This document shows positions 18,772 to 28,416 of a stretch of 64,000 nucleotides of DNA, piece after piece. The position numbers were made by a program, and so were the translations under genes. The notes beneath the pieces were generated by a model. The model had not been told where the DNA came from and made no database searches. It saw nothing but the letters and a program-made list of their open reading frames with translations. Positions within the stretch are counted from its first letter, which is position 1; every line of letters begins with the position of its first letter. The stretch comes from an uncultured Klebsiella sp. (GTDB lineage Bacteria > Pseudomonadota > Gammaproteobacteria > Pseudomonadales > Pseudohongiellaceae), in contig CAZICZ010000011.1 in the NCBI GenBank assembly GCA_964538025.1, forward strand, positions 41,669 to 105,668, read 5' to 3'.

Positions 18772-19731
18772 TCAGGCTGCCGGCACGCGCTCCAGAATCG
18801 TGGTCAATACCTTGTCGGGGGTCACACCGCTGGCTTCCGCCTCAAAGCTAAGCAGGATGCGGTGACGCAACACATCAAAGAACACCGCTTGGATATCATC
18901 CGGGCTGACGAAATCCTTGCCCTGAATCCATGCATGGGCACGCGCACAGCGATCCAACGAGATGGTGCCACGGGGGCTGGCGCCGTATTCCAGCCATTTG
19001 GCCAGATCGTCTCCGTAGAGGGCGGGATGGCGTGTCGCCATGATCAATTGAATGATGTATTCCTCAACGGCGGGTGCCATGTGCATCGCCAGAATTTCCT
19101 GACGTGCGGCAAACAGGTCTTCCTGACTGACGACAGCGGGAGTCTGGGGCGCTTTGTTCTGCGCTTCGTTGCGCACCAGTTGGAGAATCCGGCGCTCGGC
19201 TTCCGTGGAGGGGTAGCCAATCGACACATGCATCAGGAATCGGTCGAGTTGTGCCTCAGGCAGGGGATAGGTTCCCTCCTGTTCGATGGGGTTCTGTGTG
19301 GCCATCACGAGAAACAGAGGAGGCAGCGTGAAGGATTCCCGGCCCACCGAAACCTGATGTTCGGCCATCGCTTCCAGCAGGGCGGACTGCACCTTGGCTG
19401 GGGCGCGGTTGATCTCGTCGGCGAGCACGAGATTGTGAAAAATCGGGCCTGGCTGGAAGCGGAAGGATCCGTCTTCCGGACGGAAAATTTCGGTGCCGGT
19501 GATGTCACTTGGCAGAAGGTCTGGTGTGAACTGGATGCGGTGGAAGTCGCCTTCAATTGCCCGAGATAAGTCTTTGATCGCTTTCGTTTTCGCAAGCCCT
19601 GGAGCGCCTTCCACCAGCAAATGTCCATCAGCCAGAAGAGCGATCAACAGGCGGTCTACCAGCCGCTCTTGCCCGATAATTTGCTGAGAAAGCCAGTCTT
19701 TGAGTTCAGTAATAATGCGGTGGTGACTCAT
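18772..19731 (-). CDS. MoxR-family AAA+ ATPase (copy 2)
   Basis: Walker A GAPGLAKT and Walker B VLADEINRAP. 319 aa, first gene of the Bat-like operon. Confidence 0.92.
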   Translation of the reverse strand: MSHHRIITELKDWLSQQIIGQERLVDRLLIALLADGHLLVEGAPGLAKTKAIKDLSRAIEGDFHRIQFTPDLLPSDITGTEIFRPEDGSFRFQPGPIFHNLVLADEINRAPAKVQSALLEAMAEHQVSVGRESFTLPPLFLVMATQNPIEQEGTYPLPEAQLDRFLMHVSIGYPSTEAERRILQLVRNEAQNKAPQTPAVVSQEDLFAARQEILAMHMAPAVEEYIIQLIMATRHPALYGDDLAKWLEYGASPRGTISLDRCARAHAWIQGKDFVSPDDIQAVFFDVLRHRILLSFEAEASGVTPDKVLTTILERVPAA

Positions 19732-19961
19732 AATTATTTCTCTATTTCTTTTTAGTTAAATGCTTGAACTATCAGGGCGAAAGTCAGCGATTGTAACCGT
19801 TTTACCTGCGATGTCTAGGGAGCGTTTGTCGCAGTGTGTGGCGGTGGTCGTCCCCCTTCAGAGCGTGCCTGGAGGGCGCAGACTCTAGCAGGCAATTCCC
19901 CTATAATGCCCGTCCACTTGCCGCCCCGCGGGCGCATGGAATATTTAGTGGAGTCCGGTGC

Positions 19962-20183
19962 GTGAAGAAGATAATCGTGGACCTTTCAATCCCGGCGGAA
20001 CACTTCGTGACATTGTACAGTGGCACCGTCAAAGATGTGCAAGCTGTTTCACGCGAGGGGCTCAGCGTGCGGTTCCCCGGTCGTATCCTGCAAAAATACG
20101 TCGACCATCAAGGCGTTCGTGGCACCTTTGCCATCGAATTTGATGAGGCGAATAAATTCAAGGCGATAACCAAAATTGTATAA
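19962..20183 (+). CDS. small conserved hypothetical protein (DUF2835-like, identified from memory)
   Basis: GTG 19962 has GGAG 8 nt upstream. 73 aa: [30 protein letters not shown]...[18 protein letters not shown]. The longer ORF-track start at 19836 has no RBS. Confidence 0.5.
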   Translation: MKKIIVDLSIPAEHFVTLYSGTVKDVQAVSREGLSVRFPGRILQKYVDHQGVRGTFAIEFDEANKFKAITKIV

Positions 20184-21201
20184 GCTGATCCAGAAAGTCC
20201 TGTTCTGCCTGCCTGCCGAGGCATCCCACACACTCACGTTGCCCTTGCTTGATGTTGCACACCGTACCGGGCTTTTGTCCCTGATCCGGAAGCGCCCGCT
20301 GGCGCCCCGTCCGGTTTCCGTCATGGGCCTGACATTTCCCAATCCTGTGGGCCTCGCCGCGGGACTCGACAAAAATGCCGATCACATCGACGCTCTGGCG
20401 GCGCTGGGATTTGGATTCATTGAGGTGGGCACGCTCACACCGCGTCCTCAGCCCGGCAACCCCAAACCCCGCTTGTTTCGCCTGCGTTCGGAGCGCGCGA
20501 TCATCAACCGCATGGGTTTCAATAACAAAGGCATCGACCATGCCCTTGCTCAGATCGCCAAGAGTCGATACGCGGGAATCCTGGGCATCAATATCGGAAA
20601 AAATGCGGACACGCCCGTCGAGCGCGCTGCAGAGGATTATCTGATTTGCATGCGCAAGTGTTATCAGGCCGCCAGTTATATTGTTGTCAATCTTTCGTCC
20701 CCCAATACGCCGGGGCTTCGCAGTCTACAGTTTGGCGAGGACCTGCACCGACTCCTGGCCCTGTTGAAAGAGGAACAACGCACGCTGACCGGGGTGCATG
20801 GGAAAAAGGTGCCACTTGTCGTAAAAATTGCACCCGATTTGCAGGACGAAGAGATCGAGATGATTGCGCAGGCGCTAGTGACTTACGCACTGGATGGCGT
20901 GATCGCCACCAATACCACGCTTGACCGAGCGCGAGTGCAAAGCAGTGTGTACCGGGATCAGAAAGGCGGATTAAGCGGTGCGCCCCTGACAGAGAAATCG
21001 ACTCACGTTGTGCAGGTGCTGCATCGCGCCCTCCAGGGGCGTCTGCCGATCATCGGCGTTGGGGGCATCATGAGTGGTCAGGATGCAAAGGCAAAAGCGG
21101 ATGCGGGGGCCGCGCTTGTGCAGTTATACAGCGGGTTTATTTATGTAGGACCTGCACTGATTCGTGATGCGGTTTCCGCGCTGCAGGATGAACGTGAATG
21201 A
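20176..21201 (+). CDS. pyrD: dihydroorotate dehydrogenase (quinone), class 2
   Basis: TTG start. The N-terminal membrane-association helix and the motifs GLAAGLDKN and [20 protein letters not shown] are present. 341 aa. Confidence 0.94.
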   Translation: MYKLIQKVLFCLPAEASHTLTLPLLDVAHRTGLLSLIRKRPLAPRPVSVMGLTFPNPVGLAAGLDKNADHIDALAALGFGFIEVGTLTPRPQPGNPKPRLFRLRSERAIINRMGFNNKGIDHALAQIAKSRYAGILGINIGKNADTPVERAAEDYLICMRKCYQAASYIVVNLSSPNTPGLRSLQFGEDLHRLLALLKEEQRTLTGVHGKKVPLVVKIAPDLQDEEIEMIAQALVTYALDGVIATNTTLDRARVQSSVYRDQKGGLSGAPLTEKSTHVVQVLHRALQGRLPIIGVGGIMSGQDAKAKADAGAALVQLYSGFIYVGPALIRDAVSALQDERE

Positions 21202-21476
21202 CGTCCGTGATCTTGTACGGAACGGTCGGTTGCCATCTGTGTGAACAGGCACAGACATTGCTGGAGCCCGTGCTTGCCGCACTTTCCGCGCGACGCGTCG
21301 ATCCTCTCGTGCTCCACGTGACGGACATTGCGGATGATCCTGTCCTGATGACGTGCTACGGAATTCGAATTCCGGTTCTGCGCGTCGATCCTTCCGAGGC
21401 GGAACTGGGATGGCCTTTCGATCAGGCTGAAGCCTACGCGTTTCTCATGTCTGCGCTTGGCAGCCCGAATAATTGA
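21198..21476 (+). CDS. glutaredoxin-like small protein (DUF836-like)
   Basis: 92 aa with an N-terminal CHLC redox motif in the thioredoxin-fold context [13 protein letters not shown]. It overlaps pyrD by 4 nt. Confidence 0.7.
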   Translation: MTSVILYGTVGCHLCEQAQTLLEPVLAALSARRVDPLVLHVTDIADDPVLMTCYGIRIPVLRVDPSEAELGWPFDQAEAYAFLMSALGSPNN

Positions 21477-22264
21477 ATCGCGTTGGCGGTTGTGTGCTCG
21501 GCGACCTCCGACACGCTGAGGCCCATCGCTTGCGCTACCGTTTCCAGCACGGCCACTAGATGACACGGTTCATTGCGACGACTCTTGGGTCGCGGCTGCA
21601 GCGTCCGTGGGAGCAGGTAGGGAGCGTCGGTTTCCAGCAGCAGTCGATTCAGCGGAATGTCGCGCAGAAACGCCAGCAGGTGATGTCCCCGCCGTTCATC
21701 ACAGACCCACCCGGTGATGCCGATGTGCATGTCCAGATCCAGATACTGGTACATCTCGTGCTTTTCTCCCGTAAAACAATGCACAACGCCGCCCTTGTGC
21801 AGGCCGTCGCGAAAGGATTTCAGTAGCGGAAAAAAGCGATCATGGGCGTCGCGCTGATGAAGAAAGACGGGTTTGTCGATGTCGCACGCGATGTCGAGAT
21901 GGGCTTCGAATACCGCCTCTTGTACGGGGCGGGGCGAGTAATCCCGGTTGAAATCGAGCCCCGTCTCGCCAACGGCGCGAACGAGCGGGAGGCGGGCAAG
22001 ATCGCGTATCACGCGCAGTCCCGAGTCGTCACACTGCTGCGCTTCATGCGGATGAAATCCGGCAGTGGCGGAGAGAAGTTCGGGGGCTTGAGCCGCCAGC
22101 GCACAGGCGCGTTCGGATGCCTGCGCATTGGTGCCGGTAACGAGCAGATGGACGATGCCGGCATCCTGCGCCCGCTGTAGTACGTCCGAGAGGTCATGGG
22201 CAAAAGATTCGTGACCGAGATTTGCGCCGATATCGATCAGGGAAGCGCGTGATCTGTCATGCAT
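21434..22264 (-). CDS. tatD: TatD-family metal-dependent hydrolase/DNase
   Basis: I chose the start at ATG 22264 (MHDRSRASLIDIGANL), because the ORF-track extension to 22450 overlaps the upstream gene. Conserved His/Asp ligand context is present (FLHQRDAH, HCFTG, ETDAPYL). Confidence 0.88.
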   Translation of the reverse strand: MHDRSRASLIDIGANLGHESFAHDLSDVLQRAQDAGIVHLLVTGTNAQASERACALAAQAPELLSATAGFHPHEAQQCDDSGLRVIRDLARLPLVRAVGETGLDFNRDYSPRPVQEAVFEAHLDIACDIDKPVFLHQRDAHDRFFPLLKSFRDGLHKGGVVHCFTGEKHEMYQYLDLDMHIGITGWVCDERRGHHLLAFLRDIPLNRLLLETDAPYLLPRTLQPRPKSRRNEPCHLVAVLETVAQAMGLSVSEVAEHTTANAIQLFGLPSADMRNA

Positions 22265-23483
22265 GTTGGACAACGGCGTCCAGTTGTGAGGCCCAGCGAA
22301 TGCTTTCGCGATAGGCGTTTTCCAGTTCTCCGGTGCCGATATTGAGCTTTTCAAGTGCCGCAATATCCAGCTTGTCCCACTGTGCCTGCTCGTAGGCGAT
22401 GACCGTATTGATAACGGTACCGATCGGTCCATTGCCTCTGAGTAAGCCATCCACTACCAGAGGTGAGAGTGGCATGGAGCTCACGATCTCTTGCAACTCC
22501 ACGTCAAAAAATGCATCGAGGTTGGAGAGTAACCCCGTTGTAAAATACGCATCACTGTCTGTGGAATTCGTGAAGCATTCCGCGAGCAATTGCGCCATCT
22601 TGGCGCGAGTCATGGCGAGCATGGAAAGTGCGTTGGGTTTGTCTGCCATGGTGCTGAGCGACAACAACGTCGCCCAACTTTTCACTTGCCGTAGTCCCAG
22701 CATTGACACCGCGTGTTGCAGCGAAGTGATTTCCCGTCGACCAGAAAATGCAGCGGAGTTCACCAGCTTGATGAGTTTGACACTCAGCACCGGGTCCTTG
22801 GCGATGACGGCCGCAATCTTGCCCAGCTCGGCGTTGGGGTTTTGTAATTGGGTCAGCAGATTCAGCACGACGAGTTTGTTCGCCGGCACCTTGCGTCCTT
22901 TCACCTGTTCGGGTTTGCTAAGGAAATATCCCTGAAAAAGTGTGAAGCCCAGGCTCTTGCAGAAATGGAACATTTCATGGGTTTCAACCTTTTCGGCAAG
23001 TAGCGTGACATCAAAAGGTTTTAACAGGGCCACATGGCGCTTAATCTCTTCTTCGTCGAAGGCCAGGACGTCGATTTTGACAATGTCTGCAATCTTCAGT
23101 GCGGGGTCCCATTTTGCGTCGTACACAAAGTCGTCCAGCGCGATGGTATAGCCGGCATCCTTGAGTTTCTGCAGATGATCAACCAGTTCCTGATCCGCTT
23201 CGATATCCTCCAGTACTTCGATAACAAAGCGTTTTTTATCGAAGGGCGGTGGGTTCAGAATGAGATTGCGTGTGAAATTGATATACGCCGGGTGATGCTG
23301 CACCACCTCGCTGATGTCCAATTCATTGAAGGCGTTAAGAAATACCTGAGACGTGGCGGAATCACCGTCGAACACATTGGCGTTTGCAGTATTGTCGGAG
23401 CGGAACAGAAGTTCGTAGGCACTGACCCGGATATCCACATCAAAGATGGGCTGCCGTGCTAGAAGGATGTGCTGGTCGCTCAT
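22257..23483 (-). CDS. EAL-like plus HDOD domain signalling protein
   Basis: I chose the start at ATG 23483 (MSDQHILLARQPIFD). The EAL motif reads EVL (VIEVLED). The C-terminal HDOD segment is LQNPNAELGKIAAVIAKDPVLSVKLIKLVNSAAF. Confidence 0.82.
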   Translation of the reverse strand: MSDQHILLARQPIFDVDIRVSAYELLFRSDNTANANVFDGDSATSQVFLNAFNELDISEVVQHHPAYINFTRNLILNPPPFDKKRFVIEVLEDIEADQELVDHLQKLKDAGYTIALDDFVYDAKWDPALKIADIVKIDVLAFDEEEIKRHVALLKPFDVTLLAEKVETHEMFHFCKSLGFTLFQGYFLSKPEQVKGRKVPANKLVVLNLLTQLQNPNAELGKIAAVIAKDPVLSVKLIKLVNSAAFSGRREITSLQHAVSMLGLRQVKSWATLLSLSTMADKPNALSMLAMTRAKMAQLLAECFTNSTDSDAYFTTGLLSNLDAFFDVELQEIVSSMPLSPLVVDGLLRGNGPIGTVINTVIAYEQAQWDKLDIAALEKLNIGTGELENAYRESIRWASQLDAVVQHA

Positions 23484-23678
23484 TCCAAGGACTCTGTCGC
23501 AAATTAAATGTCGGCATTGTAACGCAGTCTTCAGAGGAGGCGAGTGGTTTTTGAGAATTTCTCGCATTTGAGCGACCATAGACCTCGGTTCTCACTTCCC
23601 CCATAATACGCCGCCATCAAGGCGCGCACCTGAGCACGTTGCGCGCTATCCCCCATTCGTTTTAGGCAGGTATTCGAC

Positions 23679-24728
23679 GTGGCGACATCCAAGGCAAAAA
23701 AAGACCTCGACTGGGCAGATCTGGGGTTCAAGTACCGACAGACAGAGGCACGCTTCAGCGCGCTTTATAAAAATGGTGCCTGGTCCCAGGGCGAGCTCGT
23801 GCAGTCTCCGACCATTGCGGTGCATGAAGGGGCTCCAGCCCTGCACTACGCCCAGCAATGTTTCGAGGGAATGAAAGCCCAGACCGCGCCGGATGGCCGA
23901 GTGTTGCTATTTCGGCCCGACCTCAACAGCGAACGCATGAACCGCACCGCTGCACGCCTCTTGATGCCTGAAGTGCCACAGGCTTTGTTTCTGCGTGGCG
24001 TAGAGGAGGCTGTCCGCGCGAATTACGCCTGGATTCCGCCTCACGGCTCGGGTGCTTCGCTGTATATTCGTCCGATGCTGATCGGGGTGGGGGAGAACCT
24101 CGGTCTGCGTCCCGCCAGTGAATACGAGTTTCGCGTTTTTGTTTCGCCGGTAGGGCCATATTACAAGAGTGCGGGAATGGCGGTGATTTCGCTGGCGGTG
24201 TCTGAATATGATCGCGCAGCGCCTGCGGGCACCGGCGCTTACAAGGCAGGCGCCAATTACGCCGGCGGGCTGCTGGCAACTCGCAAGGCCCAGGAACTGG
24301 GGGCCAATGAAGCCCTCTATCTGGATTCAGCCAAACGCTTGTATATAGATGAAGCAGGATCGGCCAATATCGTGATCGCCATGAAGGGGAATCGCTTTGT
24401 CACGCCAAAATCCAATGCGATTCTGCCCAGTGTGACGCGTCGCTCCATCATGACGCTCGCAGAACAAAATCTGCACATGCAGGTCGAGGAACGCCCTATC
24501 GAATTGCGCAAGGAGATTGGGGACTTCGAAGAGGTTGCCGCATGCGGCACGGCAGCCGTCTTGTCGCCTGTCGGCAAAATCTGGGTCGATGGTCACTGGC
24601 ATTATTTCCACGACCAGGGGCAGTCGGTCGGCCCAACGATGCAAAAACTTTACGATCTTCTGGTCGGTATCCAGCGCGGAGAATTGCCGGACGACAACGG
24701 GTGGGTGCACGAAGTCAGGATCGACTAA
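23679..24728 (+). CDS. ilvE: branched-chain amino acid aminotransferase (class IV, long form)
   Basis: GTG start, 349 aa, with fold-type IV motifs (YAQQCFEGMKA, SLYIRP, GTGAYKAGANYA). Confidence 0.88.
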   Translation: MATSKAKKDLDWADLGFKYRQTEARFSALYKNGAWSQGELVQSPTIAVHEGAPALHYAQQCFEGMKAQTAPDGRVLLFRPDLNSERMNRTAARLLMPEVPQALFLRGVEEAVRANYAWIPPHGSGASLYIRPMLIGVGENLGLRPASEYEFRVFVSPVGPYYKSAGMAVISLAVSEYDRAAPAGTGAYKAGANYAGGLLATRKAQELGANEALYLDSAKRLYIDEAGSANIVIAMKGNRFVTPKSNAILPSVTRRSIMTLAEQNLHMQVEERPIELRKEIGDFEEVAACGTAAVLSPVGKIWVDGHWHYFHDQGQSVGPTMQKLYDLLVGIQRGELPDDNGWVHEVRID

Positions 24729-24844
24729 GTCCTCTGCCCATCGTCAGTTTACGGGTTCCAAGGGCGTCTGATTGCCCCCGCACCGAGGTCGGAGTGGGGG
24801 CGATTTCCCTCCCGGATCGCCACCGCACTTCCTTCAACAAACGC

Positions 24845-24873
24845 TTGACCCTCGCTCGCCCAGCCCTTATATA
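24845..24873 (+). promoter_or_regulatory. candidate sigma70 promoter of topA
   Basis: TTGACC (24845-24850), a 17-nt spacer and TATATA (24868-24873), about 90 nt upstream of the topA ATG. Confidence 0.45.
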
Positions 24874-24960
24874 TGTCCGCTTCTTTTGCCCCGGGCTCCT
24901 TTTCACAGCCCGTCACAGGGGCACTTACTCCCGTAGCAGTATCAGGAAACGTTCAGGATA

Positions 24961-27582
24961 ATGAGTAAATCGTTGGTGATAGTCGAGTCGCCCGCCAAAG
25001 CGAAAACCATCAATAAGTACCTTGGTAAGGAATTTATCGTTAAATCGAGTGTGGGACACATTCGAGATCTTCCTGCCGGCGGCAATGCGCAAACGATCGA
25101 CACCAAGGAGCGCGCAAAAGCCGCTGCCGCGACCCGAAAACTCAGCGCCGATGAAAAGCTGGTGCATAAAAAAACCAAGGCGCGTGAGCAACTGATCTCC
25201 CGCATGGGAGTTGACCCTGAGCACGGCTGGAAAGCCAAATATGAAATTCTGCCCGGCAAGGAAAAGGTCGTGGCGGACCTGCGCAAATTAGCCAAGGATG
25301 CCGACACCATCTATCTGGCAACGGACCTTGACCGCGAGGGAGAGGCAATCGCCTGGCACCTCAAGGAATCCATAGGCGGTGACGAGTCGCGGTACAAGCG
25401 GGTTGTCTTTAACGAAATCACCAAAAAAGCGATCAACGAAGCTTTCTCCCATCCTGGCGCACTCGACATGAAATACGTCGAAGCCCAGCAGGCGCGGCGT
25501 TTCCTCGACCGTGTTGTGGGTTTCATGGTCTCTCCGCTGTTGTGGGCGAAAGTGGCTCGCGGCTTGTCCGCCGGCCGTGTGCAGTCGGTCGCGGTGCGTC
25601 TCATCGTGGAGCGCGAGCGTGAGATTCGCGCCTTCATCCCCGAAGAGTTCTGGGAGGTGTACGCCGATCTGCGCACCGCCAAGAAAGAAGCACTCCGCTT
25701 TCAGGTGGCCAAGTGGAAGGGCGATGCCTTCCGGCCCGTGAACAAGAAGGAGGCTGACGATGCCCTGAGCGCCCTCCAAGGCGCGCACTATCATGTTGCC
25801 AAGCGGGAGGACAAACCGACGTCCTCCAAACCCAAAGCCCCTCTCATCACCTCCACGCTGCAGCAGGCCGCCACGCGGCTGGGATTTGGCGTGAAAAAGA
25901 CCATGACGCTGGCGCAGCGACTCTATGAAGCGGGCTATATCACGTATATGCGTACCGATTCGACGCATCTCAGCGATGATGCACTGAGCATGTGCCGCGA
26001 CTATATCCTTTCGCATTTCGGCAAAGCCTACTTGCCAGAGGCACCCCTTCGGTACAGTGCCCGCGAAGGGGCGCAGGAAGCGCATGAAGCCATTCGCCCG
26101 ACAGACGTTTCAATGCAGGCGACTCAGCTGCAAAACATGGAGCGGGATGCAGAGCGCCTGTATGCCCTGATATGGCAACACTTTGTCGCCTGCCAGATGC
26201 CACCGGCGCAATATGTCAGCAGCGCGATCAGCGTGACGGCAGCTGATTTCGAATTGCGCACCAAAGGGCGCATCATGAAGTTCGATGGCTATATGCGCGT
26301 GTTGCCCAGCAAGGAAGAGGATGTCGTGTTACCGGACGTCGAGGTGGGCGAGCGACTGGCGCTGGAGCGTCTCGATCCTTCGCAGCATTTTACAAAGCCA
26401 TCGCCACGCTACACAGAGGCCAGCTTGGTCAAGGAGCTGGAGAAGCGTGGGATTGGCCGCCCCTCGACCTATGCCGCGATTATTTCCACCATCCAGGAGC
26501 GTGGCTATGTGAAAGTGGAAAACCGCCGGTTCTATGCGCAGAAGATGGGCGATATTGTCGCAGAGCGCCTCATGGAGAGTTTCTCCGACCTCATGGATTA
26601 CGATTTTACGGCCAAAATGGAGGACGACCTCGACGGCGTCGCTCTGGGCCGACAGAACTGGAAGGAAGTGCTGGACACGTTTTATCGGCGTTTCAGCAAG
26701 CAGCTGAGCACGGCGAGTGAAGACTCCGATGCCGGTATGCGCGCAAACAAGCCGACAGACACGGATATTCCCTGTCCCAAATGCGGTCGCCCGATGCAGA
26801 TCCGCACGGCATCAACCGGCGTGTTCCTCGGGTGTTCTGGCTATTCGCTGCCGCCGAAGGAGCGTTGCAAGTCCACGATTAACCTGACTTCCGGGGAAGA
26901 GGCGATCAGCACGGATGACGCCGATGAGGCGGAAGAGGTGGAAAATGCGCGCCTGCGCCAGCGCAAACGCTGTCCCACCTGCAATGCGACCATGGACAGC
27001 TATCTGATCGATGACAAACGCAAGCTTCACATCTGCGGCAATAACCCCGATTGCACCGGGTTTTTGGTCGAAGAGGGCAATTTCAAGATTCGTGGCTACG
27101 AAGGGCCTCTGATCGAATGCGACAAGTGTGGGTCCGACATGCAGCTCAAGTCTGGCCGCTTCGGCAAATACTTTGGATGCACCAGCGAAACCTGCGCGAA
27201 CACCCGCAAATTGCTGCGCAACGGGCAGGCTGCACCGCCCAAGATGCCGCCGGTGTCCATGCCGGAGCTGCGGTGTGAAAAAGTGGATGATCATTATGTG
27301 CTGCGTGACGGCGCTGCAGGCCTGTTCCTGGCCGCCAGCAAGTTTCCCAAGAATCGGGAGACCCGTGCGCCCCTGGTGTCGGAGCTGGTGCCACACAAGG
27401 CAGAGCTGGACCCCAAATACCACTTCCTGCTGTCTGCGCCTGTGAAAGATGATCAGGGCAATCCCGCTGTCGTGCGCTACAGCCGCAAAACGGCAGAACA
27501 ATATGTGCTCACGGAAGAACAGGGCAAGCCCACGGGATGGAAAGCGTTTTACAAAGGCGGCCGCTGGGTTGTCGACAAATAA
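24961..27582 (+). CDS. topA: DNA topoisomerase I
   Basis: TOPRIM N-terminus ([13 protein letters not shown]), an active-site region and three C-terminal Cys4 zinc ribbons (CPKCGR.., CPTCNA.., CDKCGS..). 873 aa. Confidence 0.98.
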   Translation: MSKSLVIVESPAKAKTINKYLGKEFIVKSSVGHIRDLPAGGNAQTIDTKERAKAAAATRKLSADEKLVHKKTKAREQLISRMGVDPEHGWKAKYEILPGKEKVVADLRKLAKDADTIYLATDLDREGEAIAWHLKESIGGDESRYKRVVFNEITKKAINEAFSHPGALDMKYVEAQQARRFLDRVVGFMVSPLLWAKVARGLSAGRVQSVAVRLIVEREREIRAFIPEEFWEVYADLRTAKKEALRFQVAKWKGDAFRPVNKKEADDALSALQGAHYHVAKREDKPTSSKPKAPLITSTLQQAATRLGFGVKKTMTLAQRLYEAGYITYMRTDSTHLSDDALSMCRDYILSHFGKAYLPEAPLRYSAREGAQEAHEAIRPTDVSMQATQLQNMERDAERLYALIWQHFVACQMPPAQYVSSAISVTAADFELRTKGRIMKFDGYMRVLPSKEEDVVLPDVEVGERLALERLDPSQHFTKPSPRYTEASLVKELEKRGIGRPSTYAAIISTIQERGYVKVENRRFYAQKMGDIVAERLMESFSDLMDYDFTAKMEDDLDGVALGRQNWKEVLDTFYRRFSKQLSTASEDSDAGMRANKPTDTDIPCPKCGRPMQIRTASTGVFLGCSGYSLPPKERCKSTINLTSGEEAISTDDADEAEEVENARLRQRKRCPTCNATMDSYLIDDKRKLHICGNNPDCTGFLVEEGNFKIRGYEGPLIECDKCGSDMQLKSGRFGKYFGCTSETCANTRKLLRNGQAAPPKMPPVSMPELRCEKVDDHYVLRDGAAGLFLAASKFPKNRETRAPLVSELVPHKAELDPKYHFLLSAPVKDDQGNPAVVRYSRKTAEQYVLTEEQGKPTGWKAFYKGGRWVVDK

Positions 27583-27611
27583 AAAAAGGCCGCGTCACGC
27601 GGCCTTTTTTT
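27581..27611. terminator. bidirectional rho-independent terminator between topA and lexA
   Basis: A7, then the stem GGCCGCG / CGCGGCC with a 3-nt loop, then T7. It works in both orientations for the convergent topA (+) and lexA (-). Confidence 0.85.
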
Positions 27612-27649
27612 ACCCTCCTGAAAGAAGCGCACAGATCGCGTTTCGCGTG

Positions 27650-28258
27650 TTACATGCCACGCCGAATGACGCCAACACTGATCCCCTCAATGCTGAAGGA
27701 CTGATGCCGTAAATCAACCTTTATAGGTGCAAAATCATCATTCTCGGCAATGAGTTGCAGCTCATGCTTCACCTTTCCCTTGAACAGGCGTTTGACCGTC
27801 ACATCCTCATCAATGCGGGCGACAACGATGTCCCCGTCGTTGGCTACCGCGGTCTTGTGAACTGCCAACAGGTCCCCGTCATGAATGCCGATCTTGATCA
27901 TGCTGTTGCCCTTCACCGTGAGCAGGTAGTCCGCGTTCGGGGAGAAGAATGCCGGGGGAATATCGCAGTAATCGTCGATGCTCTCGACGGCGAGAATCGG
28001 GCTGCCGGCGGCGACTTGGCCAATGATTGGCAAGCCTGTGTGCTCCGGGGTGGGGAGGCGAATTCCCCGTGACGCGCCGGGCACCATTTCAATGGCCTGC
28101 TTGCGTTCGAGCGCCCGCAGATGCTCCTCCGCAGCGTTGGGCGATTTGAAACCCATTTTTTTGGCGATTTCGGAGCGGGTGGGAGGAAAGCCCGTTTCCT
28201 GCTGATAGCTTTTGATGTAATCCAAAATTTCTGCCTGGCGGGGAGTCAGAGTCAGCAT
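27650..28258 (-). CDS. lexA: LexA repressor
   Basis: The winged-helix N-terminus, the Ala-Gly cleavage site (VAAGSP) and the Ser/Lys dyad context (KGNSM, VKRL) are present. 202 aa. Confidence 0.97.
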   Translation of the reverse strand: MLTLTPRQAEILDYIKSYQQETGFPPTRSEIAKKMGFKSPNAAEEHLRALERKQAIEMVPGASRGIRLPTPEHTGLPIIGQVAAGSPILAVESIDDYCDIPPAFFSPNADYLLTVKGNSMIKIGIHDGDLLAVHKTAVANDGDIVVARIDEDVTVKRLFKGKVKHELQLIAENDDFAPIKVDLRHQSFSIEGISVGVIRRGM

Positions 28259-28283
28259 AGGGTCACCGTATTGCTGGAAAATG

Positions 28284-28303
28284 TGCTGTAATTATATACA
28301 GCA
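28284..28303. promoter_or_regulatory. LexA (SOS) box
   Basis: TGCTGTAATTATATACAGCA is a perfect CTGT-N8-ACAG palindrome. It starts 26 nt upstream of the lexA start codon, in the lexA/nagZ divergent region. Confidence 0.88.
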
Positions 28304-28416
28304 TCGCGGGAATGACAAGTGCTTTGCGCCCATTTCCCGGATTTGGGATAATCGCCCGTCCCGCGCAATCCCACGCGTTTGCCTGCTGCATTCCAGCCTT
28401 GGAGTTGTCCAATCCC

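Noticed and set aside
24772-24803. Imperfect hairpin after ilvE (TTGCCCCCGC...GTGGGGGCGA).
   Set aside because: It needs two G-U pairs and is followed by TTTCCCTCCC rather than a U-tract, so it is not a confident intrinsic terminator.
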